Positions 36,452 to 47,099 of a stretch of DNA of 59,205 nucleotides are shown piece after piece (within the stretch, counting starts at the first letter, position 1; each line of letters starts with the position of its first letter). The DNA is from Macrostomum lignano. Its lineage: Eukaryota. Where the stretch lies: contig NIVC01002894.1 in NCBI GenBank assembly GCA_002269645.1, forward strand, positions 1 to 59,205. Reading direction: 5' to 3'. A program made the position numbers and the translations under genes. The notes below the pieces were generated by a model. That model did no database searches, had not been told where the DNA came from, and saw only the letters and a program-made list of their open reading frames with translations.

Positions 36452-39400
36452 ATGATGAACGGCACGAGTCGGATAAGCAAGAAGACGCTGAGAAAGCAGG
36501 TGCTGCTGAGCAGGCTGCAGCAGCTCATGACCAGCTCAACAGCTCACGGAATGAACAAGCTGGTGCAGTCGGACTCCAACTGGCCCATGAAGGTGGCGTG
36601 GTTCGCCATTTTCATTTGCGCCGTATGCGGCGTCACCGTCCACACCGCCACGGTCATCCGCCTGTACTTCAGCTACCCGGTCAGCTCCACAGTTCGCCAG
36701 CAGGTCAACGGCTTCGAGTTCCCGGACGTCACCATCTGCGACACAATGCTGAAGAAGTTCTTCCTGTACAATGTGTCTCACTACGACCGCCGCACGCGGA
36801 ACCAAGACTACAGCCGCTACTCGCAAGTTGTCCAGACCATGCTGGGCTACCAGTTCGGCTGGGAGAGCAAGAAGTTCCTCAAGGCCATCTACATCGCGTC
36901 CGGGCACAAGTTCAACATGTCGGAGGTCAGCGCCAGAGCGGAAGACTTCGTGCTCTATTGCGAGTTCGACCAGAAACCCTGCGGATTTGAAAACTTCAGT
37001 CTCTACTACGACCGGGAGTACGGCAACTGCTTTACGTTCCAGCCGCAGTCGCGGCAGCTGGAGAAGGCCGGAGCCGACATGGGCCTCATCATGGTGCTCT
37101 ACCCGCCATCGGTTGACGCAAACTTCGACGAGGATCGAATAATGAAGACCACAACCGGGCTGGAGAGCAAAGGCTTCCAGATCACTGTGCACCAGCGGGA
37201 CACCCAGCCGGATCCGCACGAGTTCGGCATCACGGCCCCCGTGGGGATGCGGGCTGACTTTGCCCTGTCCCAGACGAAGATCCAACTGGCCAACACCAAC
37301 ACGAGGCCTTGTTCCCCGGCCGGCAAGCAGACCTTCTGGAATCCGTTCTTACGAACTCGTCAAGAGTACGAGAACCGCCTGTACAACTGCGTTGACAACG
37401 AGGACGCCAACCAGATCCAGAGCGTCTGCCGGTGCACTATCGAAGGCCTGATTCCCATCAATGAGAAGCGACTGCGATCAGCTGACTACTGCCACGACAT
37501 CCTCGACATGCAGCGCTTCAACGAGACCAGATTTAGAAACCTCTCGAATCTGGTGCAGAGGATCTGGGGTCGCTACAGCGAGGTCGTGAAGCGGAAGTAC
37601 GCCAGACTGATTGTAAAGGTTGCTGGTAGTCAGGTGAGTCTGTGCTGGGATATGAAGCATTCCCTGACCAAATACAATATCAGAGCAGTTGACTCTCGCG
37701 CCGCAACCCCTGGTTCAATTCCGTGGGCGCGGCCACATTCATTTTCGGCTTGTGCACGAAAACTTGGAGTGGGGTTGTCGTGCGATTCACAGCTGTGAGG
37801 ACCAACCCCCAAGGCGCAGGGAGTGTTTCATGCCTGACAAATTAGAAAGTTTGTCGTAACCGGGTCGGTTTGAGTGCCCAGTCCGGAATACAATATAGGT
37901 TATATGTAATATAACAGGCGTAGTGACGCTCTGTCTCGTACTTATATGGATACAAGCAGGCGTGACGAAGCTCTGCGATAACAGGTTGCTCCGTCTGGTG
38001 ATGTGACACTCAGAGGCGCCCAACGCTGCGGCTCGAGGTGCGGTGACATTCTCGAGTGCTTATACAGCGGCGCGGGTATACAGTATAAGTAGAGGTACAT
38101 TTTAGTACGAGCTATATGCTCTCCCGGCGTTATGACGCTCTGGCAAGAACTCCCTGCTCCCCAGAAAAAAGTGAGCTCAAGCAGGCGGCTTACCAGTGGC
38201 CAAAGTACTGTTCGCATGTTTATTGATTTTGCTCGTTGGTCTCAAGCGCAGCTCGACTGACTTCTCAATTGGGCTAAGTGACTAAGGTGAACCGTTCCCG
38301 TATCGCTCGCAGTTTCTTTGATTCAGGTTGCTAATGTTGTGTCTCGACCTAATGGCCGCTGGACGGGTCAGGGTTCGGGTCCTCCCGCCTAAGACACCCC
38401 GGTCCCAGCCCTCTACCCCGGCTGCTCCTACGCGCCCTTCGCTCGGCTCGGCGAGAGTTCGCCGGACCGACCACCCTGGGATCAGCGAGAGTTCACTGGT
38501 CCCAGGTCCCTACAGATCCCGGCCCCACGCGGCAACCCAGGAGAAGAAAGCACGCGCTCACCTCTGCGTTACAGACTTATTCGCGAAGCGTTTATTGGCG
38601 AAGCGTTTATTGGCACGAAGCAGAATAATCAGCGATTGCGGGAGTCACGAGTTATTAGCTTGCAGAGAGCAGGTTTGCAGAGTGACGCCGACGAACGGGA
38701 TAGAATACAAACAAAAAGAAAGAAATGTGGAGCGCAGCACGCTCAGGGCTAGCCCTTAAATAATATTTACACAAAAAAGGTGGAGGGGTGGGGCAGAATG
38801 GAGAGGGCGAGCCAAACCCTGGGGCCCAGCCAGCTTATCAGCCAGCCAGCCAATACGAGCAGCCCCAGGGTGAGGCGGGCAAAGAGGGAGGGGGTAGGGT
38901 CAGCACCCAGATTGGACAGAAGTTGGGCCGGGGGTTGGGTGCAGAAAGGGGTAGGCCATAGAATTCTAGATTACTACTGGAAGTGAAGGCTTTTTTGGGG
39001 AGTGTACACAATCGGGCCGACTTGAAAACTTGCTTCATATTGAATAATACGAAAGTGATACTAATTTTTTTAAAATTCATTCCTATTAATTATAGGAATT
39101 CATTCCTATTAATTTTAGTGAAATTTACCCGTTATCTAGTAGAAGTATCGAACGATTATAATGATATTCACCAAGGGATAAAAACTTACAGGTCACTGTT
39201 TGTCGAATTTCGCAAGCTTTCTCGCAGGAGTCGCTAAGGCGGAAAGCCGCCGAGTCCATTTTTTTGCTGCAGTGTTGAACATTTTCCGGCACAGAAGTTG
39301 CAAGATCGGATGTTGAAACTCGCAGTGCGTTTGAAATCGCAGATCTGGGAGTCCCTCGAAGATCCTTGAGCAAATCGAATCGAACAGAACAACGTGGCGG

Positions 39401-42400
39401 TGTTGCGACTCCATAAATTGTTGGCTGCTCTGCAACTGCAAGATTACTTTCCATGCCTCCTTACAAATTGTGAAAGCAAGATCCGAAGGTTTAGCTAAGC
39501 CTCCTCTATTAACTTGCTGCAAAAATATAGAAGACACGGCGACGGCGTCAGTAGCGAGGTCATTGTTCTGAGCGGCAATGAGTAGTTCGGCACACGCTGG
39601 ACATTGCTTTTGTGTAGCAATAGATCTAGCAAATTTTCCTGCGACATAATACGTGATGTTTGAATCGGCGGGTGCAATCTCCTGATCCAGATTCAGTAGG
39701 CTCACTATTTGCTCAGCTTCCTCTTCGATTCCTGGACTATCAGTAATTCTGTCCGTTGCAAGAGACTGGATGTCCTGAGGTGCTACACAACTAAACTTTA
39801 GGAGCGAAACAGAACGAACAGCCTTCTCACCATCTAAAACATCTTTACATGAGACGTAGTAGTTCAGTCCCTTCCGGTGACGATACCATCCGAATCTGCC
39901 CTCAAGTGGGTCAGATTGCATCGCCCCTAGGAGAACGTACTCAAACATGAGACTGTTCAACAGGTGCCAGCATGCTTCAATCAGCTCATCCAGTGTGTGG
40001 CTAAGAGCCATAGAAGTTTCGTCACTCAAGCCTTTGCTTTTACAGGTCTTCCACTCGCGCACGTAGCTCGCCACATCTTTCAGATATGCCAACTTCCAAT
40101 CCATATCGGACCTAATGGGGTCTCTACTGTTGTCTCGCTTGTGCTTGCCGATTGTACTCGTCTTAACGTTGAGAACGTGCCAAAGTCGAGCAATCGAAGT
40201 AACAAAAAGTGCAGTACCAGACCACGGTTTGGCATAATTTAATGAGTAAAACTCGAGTGCACTTGCGGTGGATTCAGAAAAAACTGCCAGTGCGAGCTTT
40301 GGGGACGTTTTTTGGATGCTTTTAGGTTCAATCACACTTGCGTTTAGTTTTGGAGCCAGCTTCAGCGGTCGTTCTTTTCCCATCTCGTATAATTCTTTGA
40401 TGTGGTTAAAATCTGCAAGAATGAAGTCCGTCCCTGATTCTTTTGTCGATGGGTTGGCAAAAAATTGACTTTCTTGATTGGGAAGCTCCAGAATACGCCT
40501 GTTCCTAAAGTTGTTGTAGATATTCTTTACTGCGTGAGTCGGATCGAATAAGAGAAAAATTTTCTTGCTGGCATCGAATGGGTGAGGAATCCAAGGTTGG
40601 ATATTTCCCTGACAGAGCTTATGAACAAAGAATGCGCGGTTAGCGGCATGATTATCTACCAAGATCGTCACGATATTTAAGTTGGTGAGCTGCAGCATTT
40701 CCATGACACTCAGGTAGTGTCCATGCAAGATATCTGCAGTCAGCTTGATTAGTGGAAAAAGCCCAACAACGTCGCGGAATTTTCCGGCAATGGATTTAAC
40801 CATGAAGCAAAGCATAGTCGATGCTGGAGTAGCTTCTTGCATGCCCACGATCGTGCCTGAAGAGTAGTCTATTCTTCGATTAAGATGAATCTCATCAATT
40901 GTGAGATTTACATTGCACTCCGCGATTGAAAGATCTTGCGTTCTTAAATGAATATACCTTTTGTCCGAGACACCAGGACCGACAGATAGAGGACTAGCTA
41001 TCGCAGTCAATCGTCTTATAGATGGCAGCGTCATGACATCTTCGTCTAACAGCGCTTGATAGCAAGCCGTGCTTGTTGATTTTAGCATCATCGCAAATAC
41101 GATCAATTCTGGGGAATAGCGCACTGACTGCTTTGACTGGCAGCACAGCCTGAGCTGCTCTAAAAGAAACATTATTTTTTTCTGATTTTGGGGCACAAGC
41201 ATGCCGTCAGCTGATTCTTCAAGGCTGCTGCACAGGCACTCAATTGCAGCCTCAATCCATTTTGAATCACAATTGTTCTGTGACGTCCAGGATTTAATTA
41301 AGGCAAGCAAGTTTTGGACTTGTGAAAAAAGATTCACCCTACCAAGCGTCAAAAATTGCTCCACCTTTTTCTGTGGTACAGGCTGTCCCCTCAGACTCAC
41401 CAAGATACTCATGTCGTCATTCACCTTCAGAGAGCACATCAGTGTTGGAACGTCTTCAACAACGATGAAACAGAATGTAATGGAGTCCGACTTTGTAAGT
41501 ACTACAAAGTCTGCGGGAATCTGGTTGCTTTCAAGCTGGGTTTTTATGTCTGCCAGCGATTCAATTTGGTCAGATGACATAAAATCAAATGCTTCATTCT
41601 CTAAACGATTAGACTCTGATTCGTGTCTCTTTTCTGCGGTAGTTGAGTCCCCTCTTGATTGAGAAGCTACTGGCTGAAGCCGCGCCGGAAGTTGGGGAAA
41701 AATTGAAGGAATTGCGTCTTTTTTAAGCCTTCTCTTGTTCAATAGCTCTGATCTCTTTTGCGCTTGCGACGAGAGTTGGTGTCCAAAGAGTTGCAAACAA
41801 AATCCGACTCTGTGAAGTGCAAGGAGCACAACCGGGATTCTTTTGTTGGAGTGTAATTCTCCCGCCGAATGCGTCGAATCCATTCCTGCAGCAGTTGAGC
41901 ATCGTGCAGTGGAAATTCGTGGAAAGACACTTTTCGAATTGAAGTAGCTGGTGCATGGGTATCTTTCCTGGCATATCCAGAATTGCAGTTGAAAGCGGCG
42001 CACTTATAGCCCATTTAGTGTAGAGATTGTTGAATTGAGAATGTGCAGTCTTTGTAGAATCTCTGAATTTTAGTCAAGTCTTACCAAAGCCTGAGCGCTT
42101 CGTTATATCCCTAAGGCAAGGAAAATTTAATGTACAAGCTTTTGCCACTGCTCCAAAATGTGCGCTACTTGGATTTGTACACTCAATTTCAACCCCAATG
42201 AGGCCAGACCCGGCCTGGCTAGTATGTACTTGCTGGCCCATAGATGTGCGAAACCCCGATAGCCCCCCAGACCCCTGAGACCCCAACGAGAAAAAAGTTT
42301 AGTGGTTAAAATAAAGCCTGCCCTAGCAAAACAAGTCGGCCCGGTTGTGTACGCCTTTTATCAAGTCAAAAGAAGCCTTCACTTCCAGTAGTAATCTAGA

Positions 42401-43826
42401 ATTCTATGGGTAGGCCAGGGTTAAGGCTTACGCCTCTCACAAACCCTGGCCCGGGCGCGAGACGGGGGACGGGGGGAAGTCTCGCTTGCAATCTCGGAGA
42501 GCAAAAAACGACGGGCGTGGGCAAAACCCAGTCACGCAATAAATACCAACCAAACCCTGAGGCAGACGGCCCCACCGGCTAAGCCCACAAAACGAGCAAA
42601 CTACAAAAAATAGACTGGCCGCGCGGCCAGCCAATCAAAACCCCGCCAAGGGGGGGGGGCTGCACCCGCGTCAAAGTCGGTCCGGCCGCAGCCAACCAGT
42701 CCTGAGCACGGGGCAGGGGGGCACGGCTGGGGAGGGGCACGTGCAAAGCCCGGCCGCCGGCCAGACCCTGCCACGCCCGCCAACCCCCTAGCCAGCCCCA
42801 AAGTGCATGCGCCCTGCCAACCGACAAGGGCGCATGCACTACAAGTTAAAGGGCCGCTGTACACCCTGTGTGAGCGTGTGCCTGCTCAGAGGTCAGTGGA
42901 ATGTCGCACTCGATCTGCTGCAGTTCCCAGAGCCCCAGAGTTTCACAGCATTCAGAGTTACCCGAGATTTCGGTTCAGCTCGCGCCCAACAACTCCCGCA
43001 GGCAATCCGAAGCTTCCCCGAGTTGGCCGAACGCCTTCGCAATGTCGAATGCGCCAACCATTTCTCGCCGAAGCAGGCCAGGTCCGACTGTCTGAACGAG
43101 TGCAAGTACAGCGAGTACTCGTCCGCCATCGCCTTGGCCGAGTGGCCCGACCGCTCCTTCAGCAGCCGCGGCAGCCTCATCCGCACCAAGAAGCTGGGCA
43201 GCGTGCTTGCTGACTACACTCGACGAGTGGCCAACTGCAGCCCGCCGGCAGCGCTGATCACATCGCTGGGCATCAGCAACCGCAGTGTCTCCGGCTGCAA
43301 GGAGGACGACTACCCGAACTACGATCAGACGCCGCTGGAGAACACCACCTGCGGAGACTTGCAGTCGTTTGTCAGCAACACGCTGGTGCAGGTGCGGGTC
43401 TACCCCAAAACCCTGACCATCAGAATGCTGCTCGAGGTTCGCTCCTACGAGCTGGAGAAATTGTTCAGCGACATTGGCGGCATCCTCGGCCTGTGGGTTG
43501 GCATCAGCGTGATCACCATATTTGAGCTGGCGGAGATCGCCATCATCACGGCGGTGTACCTGTACAACCTGGTGCACGCCAAGGCAGGCATCGGGGACCC
43601 GTCCGCTTGGCGGCTCCGCTGCGGTCAGACATCAAGAAGTTCAAGCGAACCTGAGCCACATCACCTGCCCAGCTGCAATGGAGTTCCTTCGCAGCAGCAG
43701 CAGCAGCAGCATCCCCATCAGGATCCGGAGCCTCCCTGGCTGCCTTCAATATCAGCTCACGGCTGCGGCGGCAGCGACAGCAGATCCGTGATCTGCATCA
43801 AATACGACTTTGAGACAAATCTGTGA
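36452..43826 (+). CDS. DEG/ENaC (amiloride-sensitive sodium channel family) subunit, about 700 aa; exons 36452-37633 and about 42897-43826
   Basis: N-terminal HG motif (STAHGM); TM1 VAWFAIFICAVCGV; FPDVTIC; YGNCFTF; Cys-rich thumb; CLNECKYSEYS...WP; TM2 LFSDIGGILGLWVGISVITIFEL with GxS filter. Donor cag/gtgagt at 37633; phase-0 acceptor at 42896. Confidence 0.93.
37680..37900 (+). mobile_element. tRNA-derived SINE-like element
   Basis: GACTCTCGCGCCGCAACCCCTGGTTCAATTCC (box B), with a head similar to the 33.0-kb copy, followed by an unrelated body. Confidence 0.45.
38957..42408 (-). mobile_element. P-superfamily (THAP9-like) DNA transposon, 3452 bp
   Basis: Perfect 36-bp TIRs catagaattctagattactactggaagtgaaggctt (38957-38992; 42373-42408); 7-bp TSD GGTAGGC (38950-38956 and 42409-42415); encloses a transposase ORF. 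Confidence 0.95.
39193..42014 (-). CDS. THAP-domain P-element transposase (single -1 frameshift near 41755)
   Basis: THAP C2CH motif (CAAFNC...FHEFP...W...LCSLHF), then AIPSIF in the -1 frame. RNase H core TIDEIHL, VDNHAAN, FDPTHAVKNIYN, QSDPLEGRFG (D, D, E intact); C-terminal YYVAG, CPAC, GGLAKPS. Confidence 0.92.
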
Positions 43827-43864
43827 GGCACCGAGACGGCGCTTCTTGATAGCAGTGGCGCTAA

Positions 43865-44520
43865 GAGACAGGGGCGCCAACTAAGAGCCCCCAAGAAGAG
43901 ACAGGGGCGCCCCCCAAAAGACAGGGGCGCCCACCAAGAGACAGGGGCGCCCACCTAGAGACAGGGGCGCCCCCCAAAAGACAGGGGCGCCTACCAAGAG
44001 ACAGGGGCGCCCACCAAGAGACAGAGGCGCCCACCTAGAGACAGGGGCGCCCACCAAGAGACAGGGGCACCCACCAAGAGACAGGGGCGCCCACCAAGAG
44101 ACGGGGGCGCCCACCAAGAGACGGGGGCACCCACCAAAAGACAGGGGCGCCCACCAAGAGACAGGGGCGCCCACCAAGAGACAGAGGCGCCCACCTAGAG
44201 ACAGGGGCGCCCACCAAGAGACAGGGGCACCCACCAAGAGACAGGGGCGCCCACCAAGAGACAGAGGCGCCCACCTAGAGACAGGGGCGCCCACCAAGAG
44301 ACAGGGGCGCCCACCAAGAGACAGGGGCGCCCACCAAGAGACAGGGGCGCCCACCAAGAGACAAGGGCGCCCACAAAGAGACAGGGGCGCCCACCAAGAG
44401 ACAGGGGCACCCACCAAGAGACAGGGGCGCCCACCAAGAGACAGGGGCGCCCACCTACAGACAGGGGCGCCCAACAAGACACAGGGGCGCCCACCAAGAG
44501 GCAGCGGCGCCAAGAGACAG
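43865..44520. repeat. 20-bp minisatellite, about 32 copies
   Basis: ccaccaagagacaggggcgc units. Confidence 0.95.
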
Positions 44521-44987
44521 AGCACCCCCAAGTGTCCATTATCTTCCCAGAAACATTTCCTGCTCTCCCCACTGATTAACACTGCACAAATTTGAGCATG
44601 ACAGGCTGTGAAGGCAGGCAGTAAACTCACAATTGTTTTATTATCAATTTACTCACATTCAACAAGTATTTTGTGTCTGCCATGACTATTGCTTTATTGT
44701 AAGCGATATGTAAATCGAACGTATTAGGCGATATTTTTTAACATGATATCCCCCATCCAGGATTGTTTACTGGAGGAAAATAACAGTTGTCTCGCCAATG
44801 TATTCCGCACAAAAACCCCGGCCGCCAGCAAAACATTCTGCTTTAGCTTTTAAAGGGTATTTATCTTGCGAAAAAAGAATTCGTGTTTGTTATAAATTTC
44901 GACTTTTAATTATGATCCAAACTCTCCCTAACGAATAGTTACTCAATAAAAATCAATTATTAGAGTTAATTTGTCGCATAATTTCAG

Positions 44988-45235
44988 CAGATAGAATGCA
45001 GTGGCGCCAAGATAGAATGCAGTGGCGCCAAGATCGAATTCAGTGGCGCCAAGATCGAATGCAGTGGCGCCAAGATCGAATGCAGTGGCGCCAAGATCGA
45101 ATGCAGTGGCGCCAAGATCGAATGCTGTGGCGCGAAGATAGAATGCAGTGGCGCCAAGATCGAATGCAGTGGCGCCAAGATCGAATGCAGTGGCGCCAAG
45201 ATAGAATGCTGTGGCGCCAAGATCGAATTCAGAGG
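44988..45235. repeat. 21-bp minisatellite, about 11 copies
   Basis: gaatgcagtggcgccaagatc units. Confidence 0.95.
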
Positions 45236-45717
45236 CAAGAATTAAAACCGTGCTAGAATTAGAGCTAGTTTAAACAAACAAAACAAAGCCGGAACTTTGA
45301 GCTGTGTGGTATGAGCAAGCGAGACTGAAGCCGGTCTCATTAGACCGCTCGCATACTGGGCGAACTGCAGTGCTTGCTCGAAAGCAGTCATGCAGTTGCA
45401 TGCATGTGCCGCGCAAGAAGATCTCCCATGCCAGCACCGACTCAATCAGCGGGCGAGAGATATACAAAGTTAAAAGGGATGTTTTTAGCCTCGGGCGAGC
45501 GTAAAGTCAAACGAATTCGGGTGGAAAAGTTATGCAGAGAAACTGCACGGGCCAAAGTTGCCTGACTCTGGCTGCACTTTTATTGTCACGTCTGCTTGGG
45601 ATGTTTGGGATGTCACCTCAGACTATGGTCATTGAGTAATTAATGTATTAGACTTTCCAATTCAATCGTCTTATTTGTCTTCTTAACTGCCAAAGTTTCA
45701 TTTAGTACACGCGCGGG

Positions 45718-46485
45718 CATTCTATGACATTCTATGGCATTCTGTGACATTCTATGGCATTTTGTGACATTCTATGACATTTTTGCATTCAATGGCATTC
45801 TGTGACATTCTATGACATTCTGTGACATTCTATGACATTCTGTGACATTCTATGGCATTCTGTGACATTCTATGACATTTTTGCATTCAATGGCATTCTG
45901 TGACATTCTATGACATTCTGTGACATTCTATGGCAATCTGTGACATTTTATGGCATTTGTGACATTCTATGGCATTCTGTGACATTCTGTGGCAATCTGT
46001 GACATAGTATGGCATTCTGTGACATTTATGGCATTCTGTGACATTCAATGGTATTCTGTGACATCCTGTAGCAATCTGTGACATTCTATGGTATTCTGTG
46101 ACATTCTATGGCATTCTGTGACATTCTATGACATTTTTGCATTCAATGGCATTCTGTGACATTCTATGACATTCTGTGACATTCTATGGCAATCTGTGAC
46201 ATTTTATGGCATTCTGTGACATTCTATGGCATTCTGTGACATTCTATGACATTTTTGCATTCAATGGCATTCTGTGACATTCTATGACATTCTGTGACAT
46301 TCTATGGCAATCTGTGACATTTTATGGCATTTGTGACATTCTATGGCATTTTTGCATTCTATGGCATTCTGTGACATTCAATGGCATTCTGTGACATTCT
46401 GTGGCAATTTGTGACATAGTATGGCATTCTGTGACATTCTATGGCATTCTGTGACATTTATGGCATTCTGTGACATTCTATGGTA
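45718..46485. repeat. 10-bp minisatellite
   Basis: gtgacattct alternating with atggcattct / atgacattct. Confidence 0.95.
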
Positions 46486-47099
46486 TTTTTTCAGAATCCT
46501 GATAATACAATGATACTATCTTATATTTTATACATGTAGGATCTGTGACATCTTGTGAAATTCGAGACGTTGTTATGAAATTCGATGATATCCGAATCAT
46601 TCCAATGCATGCACAGACGTTGCAAATTCCTGCGGCTAACACATGTAAAAATAAGTACTCATAATTTCTATTTAATAGCAGAGTATAAGTTAGAATATTA
46701 AAACAATCAGCCTGAGAAATTGGCATTCTAATCAAGGCCGGACCTCATTCAACTGCTCATTTTTGCCAGGCTGGCCAGAGAAAATCAATCTGTTTAACCC
46801 TTTCGACCCTGGCCAAGCCTGCAAAGCAAATCCCCTCTTATCCCCATTTTTGTTTCGACGAAATTCCCTGTCATCACTTAGGAAGGGGATTAAAGAATAT
46901 TTTAAATGAATTCTCCATAGGATTAATGATATCTGCTCCATAGTGGGAAATTGCTGTTGAAATATTTTCCTATGACGAATATGCAAGTTGAACTACAAAG
47001 GGGATTCGTATAGCTGAGGACTATAAAAACGAATTTTTCTGTATTGCAAACCTTTCCTGCAGGTACAAATACATTGGGTTTCTATTGATCTAATTCATT

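Larger units (their letters stand above)
38130..42840 (-). mobile_element. GC-rich LTR-like or unclassified repeat, split by the P element (parts 38130-38956 and 42409-42840)
   Basis: Non-coding GC-rich sequence that is continuous across the P-element TSD. On the - strand: CCAAT (about 38912), TATTTAA (about 38760) and two AATAAA (about 38595-38615). Boundaries uncertain. Confidence 0.3.

Noticed and set aside
36536-37326. Antisense and alternative-frame ORFs over ENaC exon 1 (and 42975-43577 over exon 2)
   Set aside because: Expected from strong codon bias in GC-rich coding sequence.
41740-41770. Programmed -1 ribosomal frameshift in the P transposase (and at the other three shift sites)
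   Set aside because: No canonical X XXY YYZ slippery heptamer or evident downstream pseudoknot; consensus error is simpler.
42785-42840. Helitron 3' end (hairpin plus CTAG on the - strand)
   Set aside because: CTAG is followed by G rather than T, the sequence continues in the same GC-rich style, and no TC 5' end or Rep/helicase is seen.
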